64,000 bases of DNA from an uncultured Bacilli bacterium. GTDB lineage: Bacteria > Bacillota_I > Bacilli_A > RF39 > UBA660. The stretch's first letter is position 1. The number at the start of each line of letters is the position of its first letter. The stretch spans positions 8,475 through 72,474 of the forward strand of contig CANRKE010000001.1 in assembly GCA_947631135.1 (NCBI GenBank), written 5' to 3'. Shown here one piece after another: positions 11,674-22,423 of the stretch. The notes below the pieces were generated by a model that did not search any database, was not told the DNA's origin, and worked only from the letters and a program-made list of their open reading frames with translations. The position numbers and the translations under genes are program-made.

Positions 11674-12093
11674 TTACTCACCACCATTTTCCTTTTTAAC
11701 AAATTTACATTTGATTGGTAGTTTATGGCTTGCAAGTCTTAAGGCTTCACGTGCAACTTCTTCGCTGACTTCATCAATTTCAAACATGATTTTACCTTCT
11801 TTGACTACTGCAACCCATTCTTCTACATTACCTTTACCTTTACCCATACGAGTTTCTAATGGTTGTTTTGTAAGAGCAAGGTGTGGAAATATATTAATCC
11901 AAACTTTACCACCACGTTTCATGTAACGAGTCATGGCAATACGAGCTGCTTCTATTTGTCTTCCTGTTATCCATGCCCCTTCTTTTGCCATAAGACCATA
12001 TGAACCAAAATGTAATTCTGTATTACCTTTTGCTTTACCTTCATAACTTAATCTATGTGGCTTTCTGTATTTAGTTCTTTTTGGCATTAACAT
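11674..12093 (-). CDS. rplP: 50S ribosomal protein L16
   Basis: Start trimmed to [11 protein letters not shown], the conserved L16 N-terminus. This leaves a ~23-nt overlap with the rpsC 3' end. Confidence 0.9.
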   Translation of the reverse strand: MLMPKRTKYRKPHRLSYEGKAKGNTELHFGSYGLMAKEGAWITGRQIEAARIAMTRYMKRGGKVWINIFPHLALTKQPLETRMGKGKGNVEEWVAVVKEGKIMFEIDEVSEEVAREALRLASHKLPIKCKFVKKENGGE

Positions 12094-12748
12094 TTTTATT
12101 ACCTCCCTTATTTTCTTTTGAAGGAAGTATTTCACCTTTGTAAATCCATACCTTTACACCAATTTTACCATAAGTAGTATCAGCTTCACTTATTGCATAA
12201 TCTATATCAGCTCTAAGTGTGTGTAGAGGTGTATTACCTTCTGAGTAACCTTCACTACGAGCCATATCAGCTCCACCTAAACGTCCTGAAACTAAAGTTT
12301 TAATTCCTTTTGCTCCAGCTTTCATAGTGTTTCTAATTGCTCTTTTTTGAGCATTTCTAAATGAAACTCTGTTTTCGATTTGATGAGCTATATTATCAGC
12401 AACTAATTTAGCAACCAAATCAGGTTTTTTAATTTCCATAATAGAAATTGTAATATTTTCATTGACTAACTTACTTAATTCATTTTTAAGTTTTTCAACA
12501 TCTTCTCCACCATGTCCAATTATGACACCAGGTTTTGATGTATTTATAGTCACTTCGCATGATTTTTCATTTCTTTCAATAATAATTGAAGCAACACCAG
12601 CATCTTTTAATTTTTTATCTAAATATTTACGAATTTTAATATCGTTATTTAAATATTTAGCAAAATCTTTTTTAGATGCATACCATTTAGACTCCCAATC
12701 TTTATTGATACCAATTCTAAATCCATTTGGATTGACTTTTTGTCCCAT
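12071..12748 (-). CDS. rpsC: 30S ribosomal protein S3
   Basis: KH domain; [11 protein letters not shown]...; synteny. Confidence 0.95.
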   Translation of the reverse strand: MGQKVNPNGFRIGINKDWESKWYASKKDFAKYLNNDIKIRKYLDKKLKDAGVASIIIERNEKSCEVTINTSKPGVIIGHGGEDVEKLKNELSKLVNENITISIMEIKKPDLVAKLVADNIAHQIENRVSFRNAQKRAIRNTMKAGAKGIKTLVSGRLGGADMARSEGYSEGNTPLHTLRADIDYAISEADTTYGKIGVKVWIYKGEILPSKENKGGNKNVNAKKN

Positions 12749-12760
12749 TAGTATACCTCC

Positions 12761-13108
12761 TTATTTTGTTTTATAACCTACAACTATAGTTATATGACTT
12801 GTTCTTTTATCATGACGATCAATATGACTTCTTGAACCAAATCTAATTCTTTTTAGAACAGGTCCACAATCAACATATGCTTCTTTAACATATAATTTTG
12901 ATACGTCCATTCCTAAATTGTTATCTGCATTTGCAACAGCAGAAGTTAACACTTTTTTAATTATTCTTGATGATTTTTTATTTTTATTATCCAATATTTG
13001 TTCTGCTTCACTAACACTTTTACCACGAATTAAATCGATAACTAAACGTGTTTTTCTAGGAGCAGTTAATATAGTTTTTGCACTTGCTTTTGCGTCCATT
13101 ATAAGCAT
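12761..13108 (-). CDS. rplV: 50S ribosomal protein L22
   Basis: Homology and synteny. Confidence 0.95.
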   Translation of the reverse strand: MLIMDAKASAKTILTAPRKTRLVIDLIRGKSVSEAEQILDNKNKKSSRIIKKVLTSAVANADNNLGMDVSKLYVKEAYVDCGPVLKRIRFGSRSHIDRHDKRTSHITIVVGYKTK

Positions 13109-13117
13109 CCTCCCTAA

Positions 13118-13390
13118 CTATTTTTTATTTTTGTCATCGCCATGTCCACCAAATTTACGTGTTGGAGAGAATTCACCTAGTTTATGTCCTACCATATCTT
13201 CAGTTACATATACAGGTATAAATTCTTTACCATTATGTACCGCAAATGTGTGACCAACAAATTCAGGATAAATTGTTGAACGGCGTGACCATGTTTTAAT
13301 TACTTGTTTTTTCCCAGATTCGTTCATTTCATTGACTCTTTTTAGTAATTTTTTAAATACATAAGGTCCTTTTTTTAAACTTCTTGCCAT
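13118..13390 (-). CDS. rpsS: 30S ribosomal protein S19
   Basis: Homology and synteny. Confidence 0.95.
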   Translation of the reverse strand: MARSLKKGPYVFKKLLKRVNEMNESGKKQVIKTWSRRSTIYPEFVGHTFAVHNGKEFIPVYVTEDMVGHKLGEFSPTRKFGGHGDDKNKK

Positions 13391-13407
13391 ACTTTACTCA
13401 TCCTTTC

Positions 13408-14241
13408 CTATTTTTTCTTACGGCGACTAACTATCAATTTGTCAGAAGCTTTATTTTTCTTACGAGTTTTATAACCAAGTGCTGGTTTACCCCAAGGAGT
13501 AAGAGGTCCTTTTCTCCCGATTGGAGCTCTACCTTCACCACCACCATGAGGGTGATCATTAGGGTTCATAACAGAACCACGTACTGTTGGTCTAACACCC
13601 ATGTGACGTTTACGTCCTGCTTTTCCTACATGTACTAGTTCGTGATCAAGATTTCCTACACCACCAATAGTTGCATAACATGTTCCAAGTATTAATCTTG
13701 TTTCTCCACTTTCTAGTCTTACCATAACGTATTTATCTTCACGTCCTAGTATTTGAGCACTTGCTCCTGCACTACGTGCGATTTGTCCACCTTTTCCTGG
13801 TTTTAATTCAATATTATGAATTATAGTACCAACAGGAATATTTGATAGTGGTAATGCATTACCTATTTTGATATCTGCATTTTCGCCACTCATTATTTTG
13901 TCTCCTACCTTTAATCCGTTAGGAGCTATTATGTATCTTTTTTCTCCATCTACATATTTTATTAAAGCAATGTTAGCTGTTCTATTTGGATCGTATTCAA
14001 TAGATGAGACAACACCTTCAATATTTAATTTATTTCTTTTGAAATCAATTACACGATATTTTCTTTTTGCCCCACCACCTTGGTGACGAACAGTAATTCT
14101 ACCTTGGTTATTACGACCTGCATTTTTGTTTAATGATACTACTAGACTTTTTTCAGGAGTTGATTTTGTTATTTCATCATTAATCAGTCTACTCATTCCA
14201 CGAGTACCATTAGTAATTGGTTTTAATTTTCTAACTGGCAT
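13408..14241 (-). CDS. rplB: 50S ribosomal protein L2
   Basis: Homology and synteny. Confidence 0.95.
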   Translation of the reverse strand: MPVRKLKPITNGTRGMSRLINDEITKSTPEKSLVVSLNKNAGRNNQGRITVRHQGGGAKRKYRVIDFKRNKLNIEGVVSSIEYDPNRTANIALIKYVDGEKRYIIAPNGLKVGDKIMSGENADIKIGNALPLSNIPVGTIIHNIELKPGKGGQIARSAGASAQILGREDKYVMVRLESGETRLILGTCYATIGGVGNLDHELVHVGKAGRKRHMGVRPTVRGSVMNPNDHPHGGGEGRAPIGRKGPLTPWGKPALGYKTRKKNKASDKLIVSRRKKK

Positions 14242-14262
14242 AATTATCCTCCTTGTCTAACA

Positions 14263-14547
14263 TTAGTCGAAATTAATTTCATTACCTTCGGCTAATTTAA
14301 CAATTGCTTTTTTGTATTTTGAAGTTTTATATGGTGTTCTACCATATCTTTTATTTTTAGGTTTAACGTTTATAGTGTTTACTTCACTAACTTTAACGTT
14401 AAATATTTTTTCAATAGCTTGTTTTATTTCAATTTTATTTGCTTTTGTACTAACTTTAAAAGTATATGAATTTTCTTGATCTTTTAAGTTTGTACTTTTT
14501 TCTGTTACTATTGGAGCAATAATGATATTTCTATAATGATTCATCAT
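14263..14547 (-). CDS. rplW: 50S ribosomal protein L23
   Basis: Homology and synteny. Confidence 0.9.
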   Translation of the reverse strand: MMNHYRNIIIAPIVTEKSTNLKDQENSYTFKVSTKANKIEIKQAIEKIFNVKVSEVNTINVKPKNKRYGRTPYKTSKYKKAIVKLAEGNEINFD

Positions 14548-15173
14548 TATTTAAGCACCTCCTCAATTTGTTTAATTGCATCTTTTTCAACTAACATAAT
14601 ATCTGAATTTACGATGTCTAATGTATTTATTTCATCTGGTAATAATATTAATACATTTGTTAAATTTCTAGATGCTAATATTAATTTTTCATCTAATTCT
14701 GATACTACTATTAATAGTTTTTTATCTGCTAATTTTAAATCCTCTAATATTTTAACGAAGTCTTTAGTTTTACCACTTTCACATTTTATACTATCAATTG
14801 CAAATAATTCTTTATCAGTATATTTATATGATAGTGCAGAAAGTAAAGCTAATCTTCTTTCTTTTTTGTTCATTTTTTTCTTGTAACTTCTTGGTGTAGG
14901 TCCAAATACTGTTGCTCCACCTCTAAATTGTGTAGCACGTATACTACCTTGTCTTGCACGACCTGTTTCTTTTTGACGCCATGGTTTTCTTCCACCACCG
15001 CTTATTTCACTACGTCCTTTAGTTTTTGCTGTTCCTTGTCTTAGACTTGCTAATGAAAGTACTAAATGATTATGTAATACTGCATCATTTTTTTCTATAT
15101 TCCAAATTTTATCATCAATGCTTATGCTTTCTAATGTTTCACCTTTTTGATTTAAAAGAGATATTTTACTCAT
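14547..15173 (-). CDS. rplD: 50S ribosomal protein L4
   Basis: Homology and synteny. Confidence 0.95.
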   Translation of the reverse strand: MSKISLLNQKGETLESISIDDKIWNIEKNDAVLHNHLVLSLASLRQGTAKTKGRSEISGGGRKPWRQKETGRARQGSIRATQFRGGATVFGPTPRSYKKKMNKKERRLALLSALSYKYTDKELFAIDSIKCESGKTKDFVKILEDLKLADKKLLIVVSELDEKLILASRNLTNVLILLPDEINTLDIVNSDIMLVEKDAIKQIEEVLK

Positions 15174-15192
15174 TCAAATTCCTCCTTATTTA

Positions 15193-15903
15193 TTATGCTT
15201 CAGTATTTTGTTCTACTGGTTCTGTATTAGAATCGGCATTATATGATACTAATTCATTTGGAACATTTTTATTACCTTCATTTTTAACAGCAGTTTTAAT
15301 CATAACTAAAGACTTTTTAGCACCTGGAACATTACCTTTTATAAGTAAGCATCCATTTTCCATATCTACACTTACAACTTCCAAATTTTGGATTGTAACT
15401 GTTTCTACACCCATGTGTCCTGGTAATTTCTTACCTTTGAATACACGCATTGGTCTCATTGTTCCCATTGAACCTGGTCTTCTATGATAGTGAGATCCAT
15501 GTCCCATAGGTCCACGACTTTGGTTGTGGCGTTTAATAACACCTTGGAACCCTTTACCTTTTGTAGTTCCTGTAACATCAACTATTTCACCAGCTTCAAA
15601 TAAATCAGCATGTAATTCTTGACCTAGTTCATAGTTTGTAATGTCTACACCTCTAAACTCTCTTAAGAAGCGCTTAGGTGTAGTGTTTGCTTTTTTGAGA
15701 TGACCCATTTTAGCCTTATTAGATAGAACTTCTCTTTGATCATCAAAAGCTAGTTGTATTGATTCATATCCATCGTTTTCAATTGTTTTTATTTGTGATA
15801 CAACGTTAGTACCAACATAAACAACTGTAACAGGAATCAATTTACCATCTTTGTTGAAAACTTGAGTCATTCCAATCTTACGACCTAAGATTCCTTTTTT
15901 CAT
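15193..15903 (-). CDS. rplC: 50S ribosomal protein L3
   Basis: Homology and synteny. Confidence 0.95.
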   Translation of the reverse strand: MKKGILGRKIGMTQVFNKDGKLIPVTVVYVGTNVVSQIKTIENDGYESIQLAFDDQREVLSNKAKMGHLKKANTTPKRFLREFRGVDITNYELGQELHADLFEAGEIVDVTGTTKGKGFQGVIKRHNQSRGPMGHGSHYHRRPGSMGTMRPMRVFKGKKLPGHMGVETVTIQNLEVVSVDMENGCLLIKGNVPGAKKSLVMIKTAVKNEGNKNVPNELVSYNADSNTEPVEQNTEA

Positions 15904-15917
15904 TTTTCTTCCTCCTA

Positions 15918-16229
15918 TTATTTATTTATTATTTTTATTTCAACACCGCTTGGTAAATCCAAATGAGCTAACGCATCAATTGTTTCTTTACTTGGGTTAT
16001 TGATGTCAATTAATCTTTTGTGAGTACGCATTTCAAATTGTTCACGACTATCTTTGTCTTTGTGTACAGCACGTAATATTGTATATTTTTGAATTTCAGT
16101 TGGTAGTGGGATTGGCCCGCTAACTAAGCCACCAGTTCTTTTTACTGTTTCAACTATTTTGATAGCAGCTTTATCTAAAATTCTGTGATCATAAGCTTTT
16201 AGCTTAATTCTTACTTTTGTACTTGACAT
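15918..16229 (-). CDS. rpsJ: 30S ribosomal protein S10
   Basis: First gene of the S10 operon; homology. Confidence 0.95.
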   Translation of the reverse strand: MSSTKVRIKLKAYDHRILDKAAIKIVETVKRTGGLVSGPIPLPTEIQKYTILRAVHKDKDSREQFEMRTHKRLIDINNPSKETIDALAHLDLPSGVEIKIINK

Positions 16230-16392
16230 TTCTTATCCTCCCCTCGCCTATATCTTGTATAGACTAGCTCCGAGCAAAAACCTGTACTTTTTCGGTAAGT
16301 AAATTATCAACTTAACCTGGAGTATCAGCAACCTTGCACATCCTCGCCGTCAAACATTAATAAGTATAACATAAAAATCCCTTAAAAATCAA
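16230..16392 (-). promoter_or_regulatory. Putative S10-operon promoter and GC-enriched structured 5' leader (~115 nt)
   Basis: On the minus strand: TTGATT-18 nt-TATACT around 16363-16392. The leader (16230-16345) is markedly GC-richer than its surroundings and has complementary segments GGCGAGGA...AGGCGAGGGGAGGA flanking the RBS. Confidence 0.3.
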
Positions 16393-16641
16393 GAAAAAAT
16401 TAAATATTTTTTTAAAAAATTTGTCTATACATAATATAATTATATTTAATTTAAAAAATTATAGTATTATTTTATTTTTAATTTATTGATTTGCTTATAT
16501 AATATATTTATTTTGTTTTAATGTATATTTTTAATATTTATACACAAAAAAGACATAATTCGACAAATTATTATTTACTAATAGATTATAATATTAGTAT
16601 AATTTAAAGGCTTCACTAAAAATTTAAGGAGGAATAGTTAT

Positions 16642-16716
16642 ATGTATATTGATATGATTGAAGATGATGATCTAGAATTTTTTAATGAGTATATTCATAG
16701 ATCAAGTATTTACTAA
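16642..16716 (+). CDS. Small ORF (24 aa, MYIDMIEDDDLEFFNEYIHRSSIY) with a strong RBS; speculative
   Basis: Perfect AAGGAGG 9 nt upstream of the ATG; followed by a hairpin and T-run (16716-16750) that also terminates the convergent gpmI. Confidence 0.2.
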   Translation: MYIDMIEDDDLEFFNEYIHRSSIY

Positions 16717-16737
16717 AAAAATATAAGTTGTGGTAGC

Positions 16738-18255
16738 TTATATTTTTTGTTTTTTATTTATAATTATATTTCCTGTCATTTCACTAGGTATTTCTATATT
16801 ATTAATACTAAATAATGATGGAATTATATCTGCAAGTATTCCATTTTTTACTTCATATATTGTACTACATACTATTAATGGAACTTTATTAGTTGTATGA
16901 GCTGTATATGGATTATCATCTTGGTCTAACATATATTCACTATTTCCATGATCAGCTGTTATTACTAACAATCCTTTTTTTTCTTGAACTTTATTATATA
17001 TTTTTCCTATGCATTTATCTACTGCTTCAACAGCCTTTATAGTTGCGTCTAACACACCCGTATGTCCTACCATATCACAGTTTGCAAAGTTTAATATTAT
17101 ATAATCATATGTTTCGTTATCCATTTCTTTAATTAATACATCTGTTATTTCATATGCACTCATCTCTGGCTTTAAATCATATGTTTTTACTTTTGGTGAA
17201 TCAATTAATATTTTCTTTTCTCCTTCGTAATCTATTGTTTTATTTCCATCAAAGAAGTATGTTACATGATTATATTTTTCTGTTTCAGCAATTCTCAATT
17301 GTTTTAATCCACACTTTTCAGCCCAACTTCCAAACGTATTTTCTAAATTTTCAAGTTTAAATGCTGGGGTACTAATTACCGTATCTCTTACTCCCATCAT
17401 AGTTACAACTTTTATATTATTAAATTTTTGAGTTTGAAATTCATTAAATTTTGGATTAGTAATAGCTGTTAATATTTGATTTGCTCTATCACTTCTAAAG
17501 TTAAAGAATATTAATCCATCTCCGTCTTTTATTATACCTTGTTTATCAAAAAGTGCAGGTAAAATAAACTCATCATAAGTTTCACTATTAAACGATGTAT
17601 CTATATATTCTAATATATTTTGATTAGTGGAATTTTTTCCATTTATTACAGTATCATAATATAATTTTATTCTATCCCATCTGTTATCTCTATCCATCGC
17701 ATAATATCTTCCTGATATAGATGCTATCTTACCTATTTGTAATTCTTCTATTTTTGAGTTTAATAGTGTGATATATTTTTTTGCTTCACTTGGTAACGTA
17801 TCTCTCCCATCTGTTATTGCATGTATGTATACATTTTTAATATTATTAATTTTACATAATTCAAGAAGAGCATATAAGTGATTTATATGTGAATGAACTC
17901 CTCCATCACTTAATAGACCCATTAAATGGATTGCTCCATTAGTTTTTTTTGCATGTTCAATTACACTTAATAATTCTTTATTACTAAAAAATTCTTTACT
18001 TTCTATTTTTTTATTAATTAAAACAAGTGGTTGATATACTATTCTTCCTGCTCCTATATTTAAATGTCCCACTTCACTATTTCCCATTTGACCATCAGGT
18101 AATCCTACATAATGACTACTTGCTTCTAAAAAAGCCATAGGAAAATTTTTCATAAACGTATCTAGGTTTGGTGTTGATGCAAGTTTTATTGCATTTCCTT
18201 TTTCTTCTTCTCTATATCCGAATCCATCTAGGATTGCTAAAACAATAGGTTTCAT
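16738..18255 (-). CDS. gpmI: 2,3-bisphosphoglycerate-independent phosphoglycerate mutase
   Basis: Typical iPGM N-terminus MKPIVLAILDGFGYR and metal-binding residues; ~505 aa. Confidence 0.9.
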   Translation of the reverse strand: MKPIVLAILDGFGYREEEKGNAIKLASTPNLDTFMKNFPMAFLEASSHYVGLPDGQMGNSEVGHLNIGAGRIVYQPLVLINKKIESKEFFSNKELLSVIEHAKKTNGAIHLMGLLSDGGVHSHINHLYALLELCKINNIKNVYIHAITDGRDTLPSEAKKYITLLNSKIEELQIGKIASISGRYYAMDRDNRWDRIKLYYDTVINGKNSTNQNILEYIDTSFNSETYDEFILPALFDKQGIIKDGDGLIFFNFRSDRANQILTAITNPKFNEFQTQKFNNIKVVTMMGVRDTVISTPAFKLENLENTFGSWAEKCGLKQLRIAETEKYNHVTYFFDGNKTIDYEGEKKILIDSPKVKTYDLKPEMSAYEITDVLIKEMDNETYDYIILNFANCDMVGHTGVLDATIKAVEAVDKCIGKIYNKVQEKKGLLVITADHGNSEYMLDQDDNPYTAHTTNKVPLIVCSTIYEVKNGILADIIPSLFSINNIEIPSEMTGNIIINKKQKI

Positions 18256-18259
18256 TATA

Positions 18260-19540
18260 TCATTCTCCTTTTTTTATACAGTGTAATGCATATATTGGTA
18301 TATTTATAATATTTCCATTTTTACTAAAATTATCAAATGTAAAATTATAAGCTTTATTTATATTATTATCTTTTGTAAATTGTGTTATATTTTTTGCTTT
18401 CTTTCTTCTTTCTATATCTATTGGTATTATTTCACCTTGCATATTTTGTATTACAAATGGAACGTTTGCTTTACCTTCACTTTCATAATAGTATACAGGA
18501 TATCCGTTTTCATACAATGTTGATGCTATATAATTTTGTAGTAGTGCATTTAAATGTTTTTGCCATTTTTTATCTAATATATTTTCATAGTCTATGCCAT
18601 ATAAACTAGCAAGTATTCCACTATCATTAATAAATAGTTTGAAACTTGTATCATCTGCAGCAGAAGATATACTTCTACTTATTTTTTTAACTTTTAAGCA
18701 TTTTATATATATTTCATGTTTTTTCATCCAATCAATAGGTCCTTTATATTCACTTTGTCTTGCACCCTTTTTAATAGTACCATATTGAAATTTTTTGTTT
18801 GATTTAAAAAGTTGTTTAGGTAAAGATGTAAATGTTGATAATATTTTTTGTTGGTTACCATCATAATTTTTAAAAATATAGTTATTAATATTTTTAATTA
18901 TTTCATGTTGTTCAAGCAGTACCTTAGACATATCATTAGTATCTAAATATGTTTTTACAACTTTTGGATATCCTCCTATTATTAGATATTTTGTAAAATA
19001 TTCAAGAGCTAAATCATGATATCTAAATTTTTTATCTTTTTTATAACTTTCTTGTATGAATTGCGCAAGTCCCGGTTGTTTATTAACTACTAGGAATTCT
19101 TCAAAATTCATTTTATACATTTTATGGAAAGTTATTTTACCTACATATGATGTATTATTAGTTGGTAAATTTATAGAATTACATATAGATATTACACTAT
19201 AATTATTTTTTGAATCCTTAAATCTTAATAATACTGGTATTAATTTATCATAAGCTTCAGCATTATCAAATATTATTAATGTATCTAAATTATTTATATC
19301 TTTATTATATAATAGACATAACTTTTCAAATAGTCTATCTATATTCATTTCTTTATTTAATAAATTTATTACTAGTGGATTATATTCTAGGTTTATGTAT
19401 ATGTATTGTTCATATTTTTCTTTTCCAAATTTGATTGTTGAATAACTTTTACCAACCATTGTAGAACCAGATAATATTATTGGATTCTTATCTTTTTGTT
19501 TCTTCCATTCTGCAAAATATTTGTCGATTTTTCGTTCCAT
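18260..19540 (-). CDS. AAA+ superfamily ATPase (COG1373/DUF4143-type)
   Basis: Degenerate Walker A GSTMVGKS and Walker B-like IIFDNAE; length and architecture typical of the DUF4143 ATPase family. Paralog of the ORF at 34747-36006. Confidence 0.55.
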   Translation of the reverse strand: MERKIDKYFAEWKKQKDKNPIILSGSTMVGKSYSTIKFGKEKYEQYIYINLEYNPLVINLLNKEMNIDRLFEKLCLLYNKDINNLDTLIIFDNAEAYDKLIPVLLRFKDSKNNYSVISICNSINLPTNNTSYVGKITFHKMYKMNFEEFLVVNKQPGLAQFIQESYKKDKKFRYHDLALEYFTKYLIIGGYPKVVKTYLDTNDMSKVLLEQHEIIKNINNYIFKNYDGNQQKILSTFTSLPKQLFKSNKKFQYGTIKKGARQSEYKGPIDWMKKHEIYIKCLKVKKISRSISSAADDTSFKLFINDSGILASLYGIDYENILDKKWQKHLNALLQNYIASTLYENGYPVYYYESEGKANVPFVIQNMQGEIIPIDIERRKKAKNITQFTKDNNINKAYNFTFDNFSKNGNIINIPIYALHCIKKGE

Positions 19541-19689
19541 AAAGTGTTACCTCCTAACAATTATCTACCTTTATTATAGTTATTTTGCATTTTTAAGTCA
19601 ATAATTTTATATGAATTTTTTAACGTATTAAAAAAATAAATAAGTTTTTGTTCTTATTTATTTTTAGATTATATTAATATTTATGTTTT

Positions 19690-19938
19690 TCATTTGTAAT
19701 GCTTAGTTTTTCCTACTTCGTCTGTTGCTATCGCAATTGCATTATCTAAGAAATTATTTATACTATCTTTATATACCAATAAAACTTTCTTTGTTGTTTC
19801 TATTACTTCTGATGGATCTATTCCTAAAAATTCAGAAATAGATTCTGTTGAAAAATATTTATCATCTATATATCCTAATTTTAATGATATAATTACTGCT
19901 TCTTTAATTGATCTATCATAAATTTTAAAAAAATACAA
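19690..19938 (-). CDS. Small HTH protein resembling a sigma-70 region-4 fragment
   Basis: 82 aa; ...ISEFLGIDPSEVIETTKK... HTH-like; immediately downstream of the sigma factor gene. Confidence 0.35.
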   Translation of the reverse strand: MYFFKIYDRSIKEAVIISLKLGYIDDKYFSTESISEFLGIDPSEVIETTKKVLLVYKDSINNFLDNAIAIATDEVGKTKHYK

Positions 19939-19950
19939 TTTTCAAATTAA

Positions 19951-21735
19951 TTAAATTTTTAATGATTTCTTTTTTGCAAATTTATTTAATAATCTTTTCA
20001 TTTTAGGAACTAATAACCCATAAAATTTGTAAATTTGGTCCTTGGTTAGTTTAGTAGATATTGGATTATTTAAATCTTTTCCATATCGAATTGCGATCAA
20101 ATCTTTTTCTTCTTCATTTAATGTTGTTAACATTTCATCTATTTCTTCTTTACTATAATCTTTAAAAAATTCATATATTGTCCTTGTTTTTTTCTTTTTC
20201 TTGTTTCCATTATTTTGCACTTGCAAATATTTTTTTTGTTGTTTTTCTTTGATGTTTTGTTCTCTAAATCTTTCTATATTTTGTCTCATCTTTTCAGGAT
20301 ATTCCGTACATTCAATTAGTTGTTCTATATATTTAGAATTTCTAATTCTATTTAATGTCCTTGCTTCTTGTTGTTGTATACTCTGTCTTGTTAGTTTGTA
20401 TTTATTTGCAATTTCTTCATAAGTCATTGGTCTTTTGTTATTATAACCAATTCTCAATAATAGTATCTCAATTTCTTTAGGCTTTAAGTGGCATTTTTCA
20501 AGTAAACTATATGTTTGTAAGTGTAAATTATGAGTTATAACTATTTCTTCTGGATTTTTATTATCAGATTGGATAATGTCATTAATTTCCCTATTATTCT
20601 CGTTTCCAATTAATGTATCTATACTTATAGTATCACTTTGAAGTTTATGTAATTTCGTTGCTTCTGATACTGATATACTCATTTCATTTGCTATTTCATT
20701 TATTGTGGGAGTTCTACCTAATTGATCTTCTAATTTTGTTATTGTTTTTTTATATATGCCAAGTTTTTGATATATATAATCAGGTATTCTTATATTTCTT
20801 GCTTTATTAGCAATAGCTCTTGTCATTGCTTGTCTTATCCAATGAATTGCATAAGTTGAAAATTTATAACCTTTATTTACATTGTATTTATCTACTGCTG
20901 TCATTAGTCCTATATTTCCTTCTTGTATAAGATCCAAAAAGGATAATCCCCTATCTGTGTATTTTTTAGCAATACTAACAACTAATTTTAGATTGCTTTC
21001 GATAAATAAATTTTTTGCTTTTTTATCGCCATTTGCTATTCTTGTAGCAAGATCTTTTTCTTGTTGAATAGATAATATTGGATATTTACCTATTTCATTT
21101 AAATATAATTTAATACTATCATTCAATATTAACTCTTTTACTTTGCTATCGTCTAAATCTTCATTTTCTTTAATTTCAATATTGTTTAACATGCAATAAG
21201 CATCTATTGATAACACTAATATATTGTCATCAAATATCTTTTCTACTTTTCCTAAAATTATTTGGTTTCTATAATTTTTAAAGATTAACTCTATTGTTTT
21301 ATTAAACGCATTATTTTTGTTTATTAAATCAATTAATAAATCTGGATCTATAATATAATTATAGGTTCCTAAAAATTCGTTAAACTTATTAATATTTTTA
21401 AAAGATTCTTTATAATTGTTAACATCTATAAAATTTTTATTAATATAATTGTTTAATACATCAAATGATGTTTCTGATTTACTCATTAATTTTTTAACTT
21501 TCTTTGATATCTGTAATTCTATTTTATTTTTTATAAAATCTATATAATCTACATCCCCCTTATATACTAGTTTCGAATTACTTATTTCTTTCATTACTAA
21601 TTCATAAAAATCATTATCATTTATTTCAATATAACTAAATGTAGAATATATATCATTAATAATTGGTAATAATATATTATATATTTTTTTAGAATCTAAT
21701 TGCTTAATGTTATTATAATTAAGATTCATACACAT
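19951..21735 (-). CDS. RNA polymerase sigma-70 family factor, RpoD/SigA-like, atypically long (594 aa)
   Basis: Region 1.2 (KLYLNEIGKYPILS), region 2 (DLIQEGNIGLMTAVDKYNVNKGYKFSTYAIHWIRQAMTRAIANKARNIRIP), region 3 and region 4 (MTYEEIANKYKLTRQSIQQQEARTLNRIR) all recognisable. Flanked by ~190-aa N-terminal and ~130-aa C-terminal extensions. Confidence 0.8.
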   Translation of the reverse strand: MCMNLNYNNIKQLDSKKIYNILLPIINDIYSTFSYIEINDNDFYELVMKEISNSKLVYKGDVDYIDFIKNKIELQISKKVKKLMSKSETSFDVLNNYINKNFIDVNNYKESFKNINKFNEFLGTYNYIIDPDLLIDLINKNNAFNKTIELIFKNYRNQIILGKVEKIFDDNILVLSIDAYCMLNNIEIKENEDLDDSKVKELILNDSIKLYLNEIGKYPILSIQQEKDLATRIANGDKKAKNLFIESNLKLVVSIAKKYTDRGLSFLDLIQEGNIGLMTAVDKYNVNKGYKFSTYAIHWIRQAMTRAIANKARNIRIPDYIYQKLGIYKKTITKLEDQLGRTPTINEIANEMSISVSEATKLHKLQSDTISIDTLIGNENNREINDIIQSDNKNPEEIVITHNLHLQTYSLLEKCHLKPKEIEILLLRIGYNNKRPMTYEEIANKYKLTRQSIQQQEARTLNRIRNSKYIEQLIECTEYPEKMRQNIERFREQNIKEKQQKKYLQVQNNGNKKKKKTRTIYEFFKDYSKEEIDEMLTTLNEEEKDLIAIRYGKDLNNPISTKLTKDQIYKFYGLLVPKMKRLLNKFAKKKSLKI

Positions 21736-21833
21736 ACTCCTATTCTAAATTGAATATTAACTTTTATAATTTTTGATTTCTATTCTATCATCTTTAATTT
21801 TCTAAGTCAATAATAGCAAAGTTTCTTTAATAT

Positions 21834-22415
21834 TTATTTACATTTTTTTATCAAATATAGTTCTTTATTTTGAGATGAAATTGAATCATGCAACATTTTA
21901 TATTCATCTCTACTTGCACTATTTACTGCATTTAATAACATTTTATAAAATTCTAAAGTTGTTTTATATTTTTTACTTCTTATATCTATACATGTTCCTA
22001 TATATTTATCTTGATTGAATGTATGTAAGTTAACTAAACTACTTGATATATCACGAGCTATTATTACATCAAAATCATTTATTGATGGAGTGTTTTCTTT
22101 TTTATTAATCAAATATTCAGGTATATAAATATTATTACTATTTAAATACCCATAAGAACCAATAATTCCATATTTAGATAGTTCATTATTATTAACTTTT
22201 TCTGATAATAAAAATTGATTATATTTCTTTAAGTATAATGACATAGATGTTTGAACACCTTGTACTAATTCTAATATTTTATTATAATTTTCTGGTTTAA
22301 ATCCATATAATTTTATATATTCTAAAAAAATCATAGTATTATATTCTTCGTTATTTAAATCTTTATTATTCATAAAATCAAAACCTCCTAATTTATAGCA
22401 TTTAAAAAGTAGCAA
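21834..22415 (-). CDS. Hypothetical protein
   Basis: Intact ORF; no recognisable motifs; start ambiguous (possibly MNNKDL). Confidence 0.4.
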   Translation of the reverse strand: MLLFKCYKLGGFDFMNNKDLNNEEYNTMIFLEYIKLYGFKPENYNKILELVQGVQTSMSLYLKKYNQFLLSEKVNNNELSKYGIIGSYGYLNSNNIYIPEYLINKKENTPSINDFDVIIARDISSSLVNLHTFNQDKYIGTCIDIRSKKYKTTLEFYKMLLNAVNSASRDEYKMLHDSISSQNKELYLIKKCK

Positions 22416-22423
22416 GGGCTACT

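Noticed and set aside
11673-11735. N-terminal extension of the L29 ORF and the corresponding extension of L16 (12094-12135)
   Set aside because: Conserved N-termini of L29 (MKVNEIR) and L16 (MLMPKR) lie at internal Met codons; the extensions overlap upstream genes.
8593-15487. Series of plus-strand ORFs (8593-8829, 10596-10778, 10978-11169, 11711-11926, 12462-12776, 12918-13253, 13384-13638, 13868-14086, 14536-14886, 15026-15487) inside the ribosomal protein cluster
   Set aside because: All antisense to intact, highly conserved r-protein genes; hydrophobic low-complexity translations characteristic of AT-rich shadow frames.
17154-18788. Plus-strand ORFs 17154-17360, 18382-18609, 18594-18788
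   Set aside because: Antisense within gpmI and the DUF4143 ATPase gene; no independent support.
20201-21067. Plus-strand ORFs 20201-20422 and 20882-21067 within the sigma factor gene
   Set aside because: Antisense shadow ORFs; Cys/Phe/Leu-rich nonsense composition.
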